Origin: an uncultured delta proteobacterium
GTDB taxonomy: Bacteria; Desulfobacterota; Binatia; UBA9968
Reading direction: 5' to 3'
Length of the DNA stretch: 64,000 nt
Assembly: GCA_963804165.1 (NCBI GenBank)
Contig: CAWDPO010000017.1
Span: forward strand, 394,178-458,177
The translations under genes were made by a program, and so were the position numbers. The notes under the pieces are model-generated. The model was given only the letters and a program-made list of their open reading frames with translations, was not told where the DNA came from and did no database searches. The stretch's first letter is position 1, and every line of letters begins with the position of its first letter. Of this stretch, positions 42,062 to 51,879 are shown piece after piece.

Positions 42062-43110
42062 ATGAAACTGCGAAATTTCACAGCTGTCATCGTTATATTG
42101 CTCGTGAGCGGATTTGCCGGTGGCGCGGGCTACGCGCAAGACAAGGAGTGGCATCACACAACTTTACAACGCCGCGAGGAAGGAGGGCAGAGTTGTCATC
42201 TGGGGGCCGACGGACGCGATTGTCTATCAAAGAATGCAGGAGGCGATGGATAAGCAGTACCCGGGGATCAAGATCGAGTCCTTCGAAAGCATCCCCGAGC
42301 CGCTTGTGCAGCGAATCATCGCCGAAAGCCAGGCAGGTAAGCCGGCGGCGGTCGACGTCATACAGTCCGGGTCGTTGCGAGCGCTGCGGCCGCTGATCGA
42401 TCGCGATATGCTGGCGCCTTACCCGGGATGGGAAAAAGTATTCGGCCTCGATGCCGTCTATGCGAACCAACGGTTCGTCGGCGGTTATAATCTGACTTTG
42501 CCAATCGCCTACAACACCAAGACGGTGAGCGCACAGGAAGCGCCCCGAAACTTGGGAGGATCTCGCCGATCCGAAATGGAAGGGTAGGAAAATCATCATG
42601 GAGGCTCGTCTGGTGCCGTTCGCCATGCTCGGCACCGAATGGGGCAAGGGCAAGGCGATCGAACTCACCAAAAAAATACTTTCACAGCAGCAGCCCCTGA
42701 TCGTTCAAGGCGGCACAACCGTAGCCAATGCGCTGGCTGGCGGGCAGGTTTCGATCGCCGTGGGCACTTACGCTTTCACGATCGAAGGCTTGAAAAAACA
42801 GGGCGCGGCGGTTGATTGGGTTGCGGTCTCGCCCTTGCCGGTCCTGACGTCCGCGGAAGGAGTTCTCAAAACCGCGGCTCATCCCAACGCCGGGCGATTT
42901 TTTGCCGGCTGGATGGGGACCGCCGAAGGGCAGAAGATAAGATACGCCGCGAGGGGCCAAGCCATGGAGGTGGGCAGAAACGCAATCGGTAACGTCGCCG
43001 AAAGAATCAGGAGCCAGAAACCGGCAATTATCTTGGAGACGGATAAGACCTTCACGTCGATTCTCGAAATTCAGCGCGAGCTGGGAAAACTGCTCGGCGC
43101 GCTGCGATAA
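42062..43110 (+). CDS. Extracellular solute-binding protein (AfuA-like; frameshifts)
   Basis: LYNAARKEGRVVIW, AYNTKTV, AAHPNAGRFF. Confidence 0.85.
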
Positions 43111-43156
43111 CAATGAGTTTACCCTCGCTGGGAAATAACAGAAGAAAAAGACCGAA

Positions 43157-43269
43157 TGTCATCCTGAGCCAGGGGCGAAGGATCTGCTTTCGTTCAGTGG
43201 CCGCGACGCTTGGATCGCGTGCAGGCTTGTAAAAGCAGATTCTTCGTCGCGGCGCTCCTCAGAATGACA
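43157..43269. repeat. REP-like bipartite palindrome (family of 1669 and 16492)
   Basis: TGTCATCCTGAGCC...AAGGATCTGCTTT and AAAGCAGATTCTTCG...CTCAGAATGACA. Confidence 0.8.
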
Positions 43270-43321
43270 TTAGTGGGCATCACAGTTTTTGTGCTATTGA
43301 CCTGTAAAACAAGATCCATCG

Positions 43322-45102
43322 ATGAGCGTAGCCCAAACCACCCTCGATAGAAGCGCGCGCACGCGGACGTGGCCATGGACTCGGGTGTTATCGGTCCGCT
43401 CCCTTGCTTTCGGCGCGACGCTTGCCGTCGTCTCCTACTTGGTTCTCGTGCCGCTTATTATGTTGCTCTTTGCCAGCGTAAAGAGCACCGAGGATAAGTT
43501 GCCGTTCGAAGCCACGGGCATGACGATCGCAAATTACACCACGGTTCTGACCAGTCCTTCGACCTTGCCGATCTTTGTCAATACTTTTTTCTTCACCGCC
43601 GGCTCGTTGGTGATCGGATTGCCGCTCGCGGTGCTCATGGCGTGGCTCTTGGAGCGCACCGCCATTCCAGCGCGGCGCTGGATCGCCACGCTGATCCTCG
43701 TGCCGATGACGATTCCGTCGCTGCTCTCGGCGATCGCCTGGATTCAGTTGCTCGATCCGCGCATCGGTCTCATCAACGTCGTGTTGCGCAGCGTTTTCGG
43801 CATGTCGGGCGACAGCGGGCCTTTCGATATCTATTCGCTCTACGGCATGTGCTTCGTCCAAGGTTTGCGACTGGTGCCGTCGGCGTATCTCATGATCGCG
43901 GCCTCGTTTCGCGCCATGGACCCGTCGTTGGAGGAGCAGAGCGCCATGGCGGGCCGCGGGCGTCGCGCAAACGACTCTGCGCATCACGTTGCCGATCATG
44001 CGCCCGGCGTTGCTCGCGATGTTGATTTACTACATCATCGTGGTCATCGAGTCCTTCGATATTCCGGGGCTGCTCGGTTTCACCGCGCGCATTCGCGTGC
44101 TCAGCACCGCGATCTATTGGGCGACCCATTCTGAAGTGGGATTGCCCGATTACGGGTTGGCTTCGGCCTTGGGAGCGATGGTGTTGGCCGTGGCGTTGTT
44201 GCTCATGTGGGGATATCAGCGTTTGACCGCGCACCAGGAAAGATTCACTACGATCACCGGCAAGGGCTACCGGCCGCGGCAAATCAATCTCGGCGGGTGG
44301 ACGGTTCCGGCCACGGCGCTCTGCGTTGTCTATGTGGCGCTGGCGGTGGTGTTGCCGTTCTTGATGCTGATCTGGACCAGCGTGCAGCCGTTCTATGCGG
44401 TTCCGTCGGCGGACTCATTCGCTCGCGTCACTTTCGAGGGCTACTTCAAAATCTGGCAGGAAAGTACGGTCATGCGCGCGCTGTGGAATACCACGGTGCT
44501 GGCGCTGGTGACTTCGGCGGCGACGATCTTGCTCGCCGTCCTCGTGAGCTGGTTCGTGGTCCGGCGCACACGAGCGGCGGACGGCTTGTCGCATTATCTC
44601 GCCACGGTCTCGTTCTTGCCGCAATGCGTGCCGAGCATCGTCATCGGCTTGGCGTTTATTTTCGTCTACGTGCGATTTCCGATCCCGATTTACGGCACGC
44701 TTGTGGATTATCGCCTTGGCGATGACGACGCGCTATCTCGCATACAGCTCGCGCACTATGACTTCCGCGCTGATGCAGGTGCACGGCGAGTTGGAAGAAG
44801 CATCGCAAATGTCGCGCGCGCCGTGGGCCCGCACCCTGCGTAAAATCACCATGCCGCTATTGGCGCCCGCGATGATCAACGTGTTTTTCTGGGTGGCGGT
44901 GCATGCGATGCAGGAGCTATCGATGGCGCTCATGCTCTACAATCCCGACACGGTGGTCGTGTCGACGATGATCTGGAGCATGTGGCAAAACGGCCGGACC
45001 ATGGACGCGGCGGTTTTGGGCGTCATATTGATTTTGCTCTCCGCTATATTGCTGCTCGGCGGCCAATTGTTTGCGCACCTCCGGCGCGATTCCAATTCTT
45101 AG
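43322..45102 (+). CDS. FbpB-type ABC permease (frameshifts ~43965, ~44700)
   Basis: Two EAA-loop halves MDPSLEE and VHGELEEAS. Confidence 0.85.
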
Positions 45103-45215
45103 GCCAAGAGTTGAATTCCTTAGCGAGCTTGGCGCCTTTGCGGGAAAATTCGATCGGAATTTCTATTCGTGCCAAGACGCAAAGAGCGCAAAGGTTCGGA
45201 GTCAGATGGGTGTAA

Positions 45216-46314
45216 ATGATTAGCGTCAGAGAATTGCAAAAATCATTTGCCGGTGCCAAAGGCGAAGTTAGGGCGCTCCGCGGCGTGTCCTTCGAAGTGG
45301 GCAAGGGCGAGCTGTTTACCTTGCTCGGTCCGAGCGGCTGCGGCAAGACCACGACGCTTCGCTGCATCGCCGGATTGGAGCAGCCGCTGTCCGGGGAAAT
45401 TCTGATAGACGATCAGCCCGTTTACAGCGCGGCGAGCCGCATATTCATTCCGCCGGAGCGGCGCAACATCGGTATGGTGTTTCAGTCCTACGCCATCTGG
45501 CCGCATATGACGGTTTTTCAAAACGTCGCTTATCCTTTGACGAAAGAGGCGGGCCGCGCCGAGATCGGCGAGCGAGTCGCGGGGATTCTCGACCGATTGA
45601 GTCTCGGTCCCCTGTCGGATCGGCTGGCGCCGAACTTGAGCGGCGGGCAGCAGCAGCGGGTGGCGCTGGCGCGCGCGCTGGTCGCGCAACCCCAGGTGCT
45701 GCTCTTGGACGAACCGTTGAGCAACCTCGACGCCAAGCTGCGCGAGCAAATGCGCTTCGAGCTGAAGGCACTGCAGGAGTCCTTCGGTATCACGACGGTA
45801 TATGTAACGCACGATCAGGAAGAAGCCCTCGCGTTATCGGATCGAATCGGCCTTATGCACGAGGGCGCGTTGATCGAAGTCGGGTCCCCGGCGGACCTTT
45901 ATCTGCGTCCGGCGCATCGAGTGACGGCGGATTTCTTGGGAACAGCAAATTTTCTTCCGGCGCAAGTCGAACGCAACGGCAGCCAGCCGTGGGATGAGAT
46001 GATGGTCGCGACAGCCGATCGGCTCGTTCGTCGCGCAGCGCAGCGTAGAATGGCAACCGGGAATGGCCGCGCAGTTGTTCTTTCGTCCGGAATCCGTCGA
46101 GTTCCTCGACGAGGCAGCCGCGGCGGACAGCTCGCCGAACCAGGGCGCCGGCGTCGTGGAACGGGTCACGTTTCTCGGGAATTCCGCGGACGTGATCATG
46201 CGCTGTAACGACGTCAAACTGCGCGTGCGCACACATCCCGCGCGCACGCCGGCTGTGGGCAAAGCCGTCCGTTTTGTTGTGGCACCTAACTCGTGCATTG
46301 TTTTTCCGATTTGA
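45216..46314 (+). CDS. ABC ATP-binding protein (FbpC/PotA type; frameshift ~46015)
   Basis: GPSGCGKT, LSGGQQQR, LLLDEP; TOBE-like end. Confidence 0.9.
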
Positions 46315-46517
46315 AAGGGAAGGCTTCTAGAAGCCGCCATGATAGTCAATTTAGGATTAGATCGATGTATGGGCGTGCGGCGCACGCCCTCGTTTTGACA
46401 CCCCTATATCAGTCTTCCCCCGTCGAAGGGGGAAGAGGTTGCGGTCGATGCTTGAGGGAAGCTCCCAGCAAGCCAGCCCGGTTTGCGGAAACAGTGGTGC
46501 AATTTAGGAGCAGTAGC

Positions 46518-47465
46518 ATGACGTCAGAAAATATTTCGAATGACAAGGATCAGCAGAACAGCATCGAATGGCGGCTTTACACCAATATGCTGACGACGCG
46601 GGTGTTCGAGGAGGCGCTGGTCCGCTGGGAACATGAGGGGAAGCATTCGGCGCAGACCTTTCCGAGCAAAGGGCAGGAAGCGATTGCGGTGGGAACTTGT
46701 TTGGCGTTGGAGCAAGGCGACGATGTCATCCCGTCTTTTCGCACGCGCGGCGCGATGGTCGCGATGGGGGTGCCCATAGTCGAGCAGATTCGCGAGTTTT
46801 TTCACACGCCGTTCGCCGTAGGAGATGCGCGCGATGCGCCGCATCACGCGTCGTGGCCGGAGCGCGGCGTGATGCCGGGCTCGACGATGATCGGCGGCCA
46901 CCTGGCGATGGCCGCGGGCATCGCATTGGCCGATCAATGCGATCGGGCCGGCAATGTCAGCGTCGCCTTTTTCGGCGACGGCACGCTCGGTTCCGGCGAT
47001 CTGTACGAGACCATGCATATCGCCGGCGCGTGGAATTTGCCGTTGATATTGGTGTGCGAGAACAATGGTTGGGAGATGGCGACGGCCTGGTCGAAGGTTC
47101 GCAAATCGCGCTCGTTGATCCCCTACGCCGAGCCGTTCGGTTTTGCGACGCGCAACGTCGACGGTAATGATGCTTTAGAGGTTTATCAGGCGGCACGCTG
47201 GGCGCGCGCGACGGCGCTCGCGGGTCAGCCGGTGTTCCTCGATTGTTTCACGTTTCGCCTCGGACTCTACAGCTCTCACTTCGGCGAGGTGCGGAGCGGT
47301 ATCGAGGGCGACTTGGCTGAATGGGAAGCGCGCGATCCGTTGAAACGGTTGGGAGATTGGCTGGTTGGGAAGGGTTTTGCTTCCGCCGCCGATCTCGATC
47401 GGTTGCAGCATGAGGAAGAGAAACGAATCGACGCGGTTTTTGAAAAAGTAAGGAGTGAAAAGTAA
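46518..47465 (+). CDS. ThDP-dependent dehydrogenase E1 alpha-like subunit
   Basis: GQEA, FFGDG...ENN ThDP motif, VDGND. Confidence 0.9.
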   Translation: MTSENISNDKDQQNSIEWRLYTNMLTTRVFEEALVRWEHEGKHSAQTFPSKGQEAIAVGTCLALEQGDDVIPSFRTRGAMVAMGVPIVEQIREFFHTPFAVGDARDAPHHASWPERGVMPGSTMIGGHLAMAAGIALADQCDRAGNVSVAFFGDGTLGSGDLYETMHIAGAWNLPLILVCENNGWEMATAWSKVRKSRSLIPYAEPFGFATRNVDGNDALEVYQAARWARATALAGQPVFLDCFTFRLGLYSSHFGEVRSGIEGDLAEWEARDPLKRLGDWLVGKGFASAADLDRLQHEEEKRIDAVFEKVRSEK

Positions 47466-47523
47466 GGAGTAAGGGAGTAGGGAATGGACGAACCCCTCAC
47501 TCCTGACTCCTCACTTCTCACTC
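47447..47523. repeat. Inverted heptamer tandem repeat
   Basis: gtaagga/gtgaaaa/gtaagga/gtaagg followed by cctcact/cctgact/cctcact/tctcact. Confidence 0.75.
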
Positions 47524-47553
47524 TTCCAACGGAGTAGAAGAGGCAAGTCAACG

Positions 47554-48505
47554 ATGTCCACCATGAATTACCGCGATGCCGTCAGCAAAGCACTGCAGGA
47601 CTCCATGCGCGAGGAGCCGCGCTTGATTATCATCGGACAGAACATTGCCAGCCACGCGCTCAAGCAATTGGCCGATACCTACGGCACGGAACGAGTGCGC
47701 GATTCGTCGATCAGCGAGAGCGCGATGGTAGGTATGGCCGTCGGTGCGGCGATGAAAGGTATGAAAGTTCGTGGTCATGATCGCCTACGCCGACATCGCG
47801 TCGGTGTGCCATATGGCGATCGTGCAGAGCGCGGCAAAACTTCATTATCTGACCAACGGTCGTCTGAAGTGTCCCGTGATCATCCGGCTGCCGATCGCGC
47901 GTTTCCGCGGCCACGGGCCGGAAGGCAACGAAGTCGGCGCATCGTGGTTTTACAATGTGCCGGACTTGAACATCGCCATGCCGGGCTCGGCGAGCGAAGC
48001 TTACTGGAGCTTTCGCCAGGCGCTGCAACGACCAACGCCGACGCTGTTCTTCGAAGACCGCTCGATTCACATGCGATCGGGAGAAGTGGACGAAACCAAT
48101 CCCGGCAGCAAAGCGCAGGTCACTCGCTCCGGCGACCGGTTGACCATCATCGCTGCGGGACGTACCGCGGCACTCGCCGAAGACGCCGCCGACGAGTTGG
48201 CCGGCCAAGGTTATCGCAACGCCGTGGAGGTGGTAAGCCTGGGATTCATCAAGCCGTTGGATAAGGAAACGGTGCTCAGGGCCGCAAGCAAGACGGGCAG
48301 AGTTTTGATCGTGCAGGACGAGCCGGCAGTATCCGGCTACGCGCCGTACGTCCGTTGCGTGCTCGATGAATTACCGGCGACGAAACTTACGCTGGCGCCG
48401 CGCATTCTCGCCGGCGCGGACCAGTATCTGCCGTACTGGGATGAACGACCGTTTTTGCCTTCCTTGGAAACCGTGATGGCCGCGGCAAAGGAGTTGATGC
48501 GATGA
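47554..48505 (+). CDS. ThDP-dependent dehydrogenase E1 beta-like subunit (frameshift ~47765)
   Basis: YGTERVRDSSISE, IKPLD...KTGRVLIV. Confidence 0.85.
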
Positions 48506-49527
48506 AGGCAAATAACAAAATTCTGCTGCTGAGTGGTGCGCTGGTTCTGCTAGGGTTTGGACCGGCGATCGCTCAAGTGGCGAATCCTGAACTGCTCGCC
48601 CAGGCAAAGAAGGAAGGGCGGGTGACTTGGTACACCACCGTTTCGATCCCTGAGAGCAAACAATTCATGGACATGTTTGAGAAACAGTATCCGTTCATAA
48701 AAGTGGACCTGCTTCGTTCCGGCTCCGGGCCGCTGGTCAATCGGATCGTCAGCGAGTACGCGGCAAAAACCTACGCCGCGGACGTCTTGCACGGCATGTC
48801 CAGCCGCGGCGGATTCACTGTGCTCAAGCAAAGAAATATCATCGGCCGCTACGACTCGCCCGAGCGCAAATATTATTCCGCCGACCTCAAGGACAAGGAT
48901 GGATTCTGGTCGTCGACATTTCAGAACACGTTTGTGTTGGCTTATAACAAGCGGAACGTAAAGCCTGACGATGTTCCGAAAACCTACGAGGACTTGCTGA
49001 AGCCCTTGTGGAAGGGCAGGCAGATCATCAACGACACGGACAACTTCGAATGGTTCGACGGGCTGCTAAAGTTTTGGGGCCGCGACAAAGGCATGGCTTA
49101 TTTCAAGCGGTTGGCGCAGCAAGACCAGATTTTTCAGCGCGGTGCCCGCGGCCGCATCCAACTCGTGGCGGCGGGCGAAGCGCCGCTGACGATCGGCTAC
49201 GGCCCGCATGCGCAAAGTTACGTCAACCAGGGCGCGCCCATCGAGTGGGTGCCGTTGGAGCCGGTCGTGGTTATCGTCAATACCGTTAGCTTGGCGCAGC
49301 GTGCGCCGCATCCCGCGGCGGCAAAACTCCTTATCGACTTTCTGCTCTCCAAAACCGCGCAGACGAAACTTCGCGAGATGAGTCGGATCCCATCGCGCGG
49401 CGATGTCGAATCCGATCCGCCGCGGCTGATCAAGGGGTTTAAGAAAGTGGTGCAAGATATCGAAAATGAACATATGGCGGAGTCGATCAAGCTTTATCAG
49501 CAAACCTTCGGTTTGGCTCCAGGGTAG
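48502..49527 (+). CDS. Extracellular solute-binding protein (AfuA-like)
   Basis: AKKEGRVTWYT, PKTYEDLLKPLWKG, APHPAAAKL. Confidence 0.88.
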   Translation: MKANNKILLLSGALVLLGFGPAIAQVANPELLAQAKKEGRVTWYTTVSIPESKQFMDMFEKQYPFIKVDLLRSGSGPLVNRIVSEYAAKTYAADVLHGMSSRGGFTVLKQRNIIGRYDSPERKYYSADLKDKDGFWSSTFQNTFVLAYNKRNVKPDDVPKTYEDLLKPLWKGRQIINDTDNFEWFDGLLKFWGRDKGMAYFKRLAQQDQIFQRGARGRIQLVAAGEAPLTIGYGPHAQSYVNQGAPIEWVPLEPVVVIVNTVSLAQRAPHPAAAKLLIDFLLSKTAQTKLREMSRIPSRGDVESDPPRLIKGFKKVVQDIENEHMAESIKLYQQTFGLAPG

Positions 49528-49536
49528 AAGCTGAAC

Positions 49537-49578
49537 TCGTTCAATCGTTCAAATCGTTCAAGCCGTTCAAAACGTTCG
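49537..49578. repeat. CGTTCAA short tandem repeat
   Basis: cgttcaat-cgttcaaat-cgttcaagc-cgttcaaaa-cgttc. Confidence 0.75.
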
Positions 49579-49664
49579 GAGGTGGAACGGCGACTTTCGA
49601 AGACAATCATGCGGTGTGCCGTTGACCCAATAAAAATGCGCTTTGAAGATTTCCGGAGCAAATC

Positions 49665-50498
49665 ATGGCGATTGCGAATGTAAACGGAGTCGACATTTAT
49701 TATGAGACGCAGGGGAGCGGAGAACCGGTTTTGCTGGTTCCGCCCAGCTGGTGGCCGTGCGCGACGTGGAATATTGTTGTGGTTCCGATCCTTTCGCAGC
49801 GCTATCGCACGATCATGTACGACGGACGCGGGACGGGGCAAAGTGGTAAACCCCGGGACGGTTATACCGTGCGTCAGTTTGCCGCTGATGGCATCGAGCT
49901 TTTGAAGCAACTCGATGTTACCCGATGCCACGTCGTTGGCTTCGCAATCGGCGGCCAGATCGTGCAGGCGATGGCGATCGAGCGACCCGATCTCATCGCG
50001 AGTTTGACAATAGCTACGACGGGACCAGGCTCACGACGGCTCGACGGCACGCAGCGGGAAGTCGGTCCGGAAGCTTTGGAGGAGATCGGTAAGATCGGGT
50101 TCGAGAAATACATCCGCAGCCACATCGACAATGACCACATGGCGTACAATCCCGATTACTACCGCGATCATCGCGAGGTGGCCGCGAGTTTGGCGCAGGC
50201 GCTATGGGCGGGGCAAAGCACGGTGGAGCAGTATCATATCCATGAACAAGCGCGGCTTAGCTGGGATACGCTGGCCGAGGCGGCGAAAGTAAAAGTGCCG
50301 ACGCTGGTTCTTTGCGGCGCGGACGATGGCGTCGAACGGCGCGGCAGCACGCCCGCAGCAACTGCGAAAATGCTGGCGCCGTTGATTCCGGGATCGGAGT
50401 TAGCACTGATTCCCAAAACAAGACATATGACGTTCTGGGATGGCGATGGCGCGTTGATCGCGTTACAAGATTTCTTGGCGCGCCATCCGATTGCTTGA
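49665..50498 (+). CDS. Alpha/beta-hydrolase-fold protein with Ala at the nucleophile position
   Basis: PPSWWP, GFAIGG, GADDGV, HMTFWD. Confidence 0.85.
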   Translation: MAIANVNGVDIYYETQGSGEPVLLVPPSWWPCATWNIVVVPILSQRYRTIMYDGRGTGQSGKPRDGYTVRQFAADGIELLKQLDVTRCHVVGFAIGGQIVQAMAIERPDLIASLTIATTGPGSRRLDGTQREVGPEALEEIGKIGFEKYIRSHIDNDHMAYNPDYYRDHREVAASLAQALWAGQSTVEQYHIHEQARLSWDTLAEAAKVKVPTLVLCGADDGVERRGSTPAATAKMLAPLIPGSELALIPKTRHMTFWDGDGALIALQDFLARHPIA

Positions 50499-50638
50499 AA
50501 ATAAGCAGAGTTCAAAGTTCAAGGTTCAAATGTTCAACGCCGGACCCGAGGAACAAAGCAAAAACTAGGGGCGGGTTTCAAACCCACCCCTAGTTGTATA
50601 CTTCGTGTTCTTCGCGTCCTTCGTGGTGAATATGTTTC

Positions 50639-51496
50639 TTACGCGAATTTTGCGGTCACCAGCATCGAAAGCTTGCCTTCGCCATCCAACGCCCACAGCT
50701 TCGCTTCGCGGCCGTCCGCGGAGGGTGAGCCAGCGAGGGCAACCTTGCCGCTGGTATCGTACACCGAGCGCAGATTCTGAAAATCAAAATTGGTCATGCG
50801 GCGATTCGGCAGTTCCCTGCGGCACATCTCCATGAGCAACTGCGAGATCAGCGAACTTTGTACGACCAGCCCGGGGAGTTTTTCCACCTTGGTCACGTAG
50901 TCGCGATCGTAGTGGATACGGTGGCTGTTGAAGCGGATCGCCGAGAAACGGAAGAGCAGCGGGGGATTGGGCTCGACGACTTGCTGCCATTTCGCTTCTC
51001 CGGGAACGGCGGGCGTGGTCTTTGGCGCCGCGTCTGCCCGCGCTTCGCTGAGCATGCACATATCGCGTTCTTCGACGACGCAGAGTCCACTTTTAGTGGA
51101 CAGGCTGTTGCGTTCGATCACCGTCACCATGGCGCCGCTCGGTCCGTCGTCGATCTGAATATCGGCGATCTCGGTCTTGCGCGTGACTTCGTCGCCGATT
51201 CTCAACGGCTCTTGGAACGAAACGCGCGTGCCGCCGATGCGACGGCGCGGCAGCGGAATAGGCGGAGCAATTCCTCCGCCGGACGCCTGCCCGTCGGTAC
51301 GCATCTTGTCCGGCCGGTGCGACGCAGGGAATAAGCCGCCGTACCAACCGGGCGGGATCGGCGAGCCTTTGTCCAGCGGTGGATTCTCCAATCCCAACGT
51401 GGCGGCGAATTTTACCAGCAGCGATGCCGAGACCACGTCAGTAGCGGTTTCACTCTTGCCGATGTAGCTTTTGAAGCTTTCCAAGGATTCAGCCAT
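50639..51496 (-). CDS. Double hot-dog acyl-CoA (de)hydratase (mesaconyl-C4-CoA/itaconyl-CoA hydratase-like)
   Basis: PPIPLPRR, LFRFSAIRFNSHRIHYD...PGLVVQ. Confidence 0.8.
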   Translation of the reverse strand: MAESLESFKSYIGKSETATDVVSASLLVKFAATLGLENPPLDKGSPIPPGWYGGLFPASHRPDKMRTDGQASGGGIAPPIPLPRRRIGGTRVSFQEPLRIGDEVTRKTEIADIQIDDGPSGAMVTVIERNSLSTKSGLCVVEERDMCMLSEARADAAPKTTPAVPGEAKWQQVVEPNPPLLFRFSAIRFNSHRIHYDRDYVTKVEKLPGLVVQSSLISQLLMEMCRRELPNRRMTNFDFQNLRSVYDTSGKVALAGSPSADGREAKLWALDGEGKLSMLVTAKFA

Positions 51497-51879
51497 AGCG
51501 TTGACCTCCATTTGGATTTGTCTGTGATGCGAAGACTATTCCCGCGTGAACGGCTGTGTCAAGCCAGCGCAGCATCTTCGACCACCATCTGCCTCATCTA
51601 GAGGGTCTAGAGGGTCGTGCAGCGCCCGGATTTGGACTTGGAATTTGTCAGCGTCAGGGAAACAGGTTTAGATTGCCCGGGAAAGGCGATGCGGTGCATT
51701 GTTCGCAGCGCCTATTTAGAAACCAGGCCGCCTCTAGGTTTTGGAAAATACGCAGTCCGTGAAAGAAATGCGGAAAACCGTGTATACTCAAACCAGTTCA
51801 GTTGGAATGGTTGTCGTTGAGGCCGTTACAAACAAAGAAAAATTTCCAATTCACTGGTTGAAATTCGGGGAGAATCGAA

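Noticed and set aside
51585-51720. SAM-I riboswitch upstream of cbs (CTCATCTAGAGGG...GAGGG...GCCCG)
   Set aside because: The start resembles SAM-I, but I cannot find the GCAAC segment or a P1 partner; it may be just a TCTAGAGGG duplication. An Rfam RF00162 scan would settle it.
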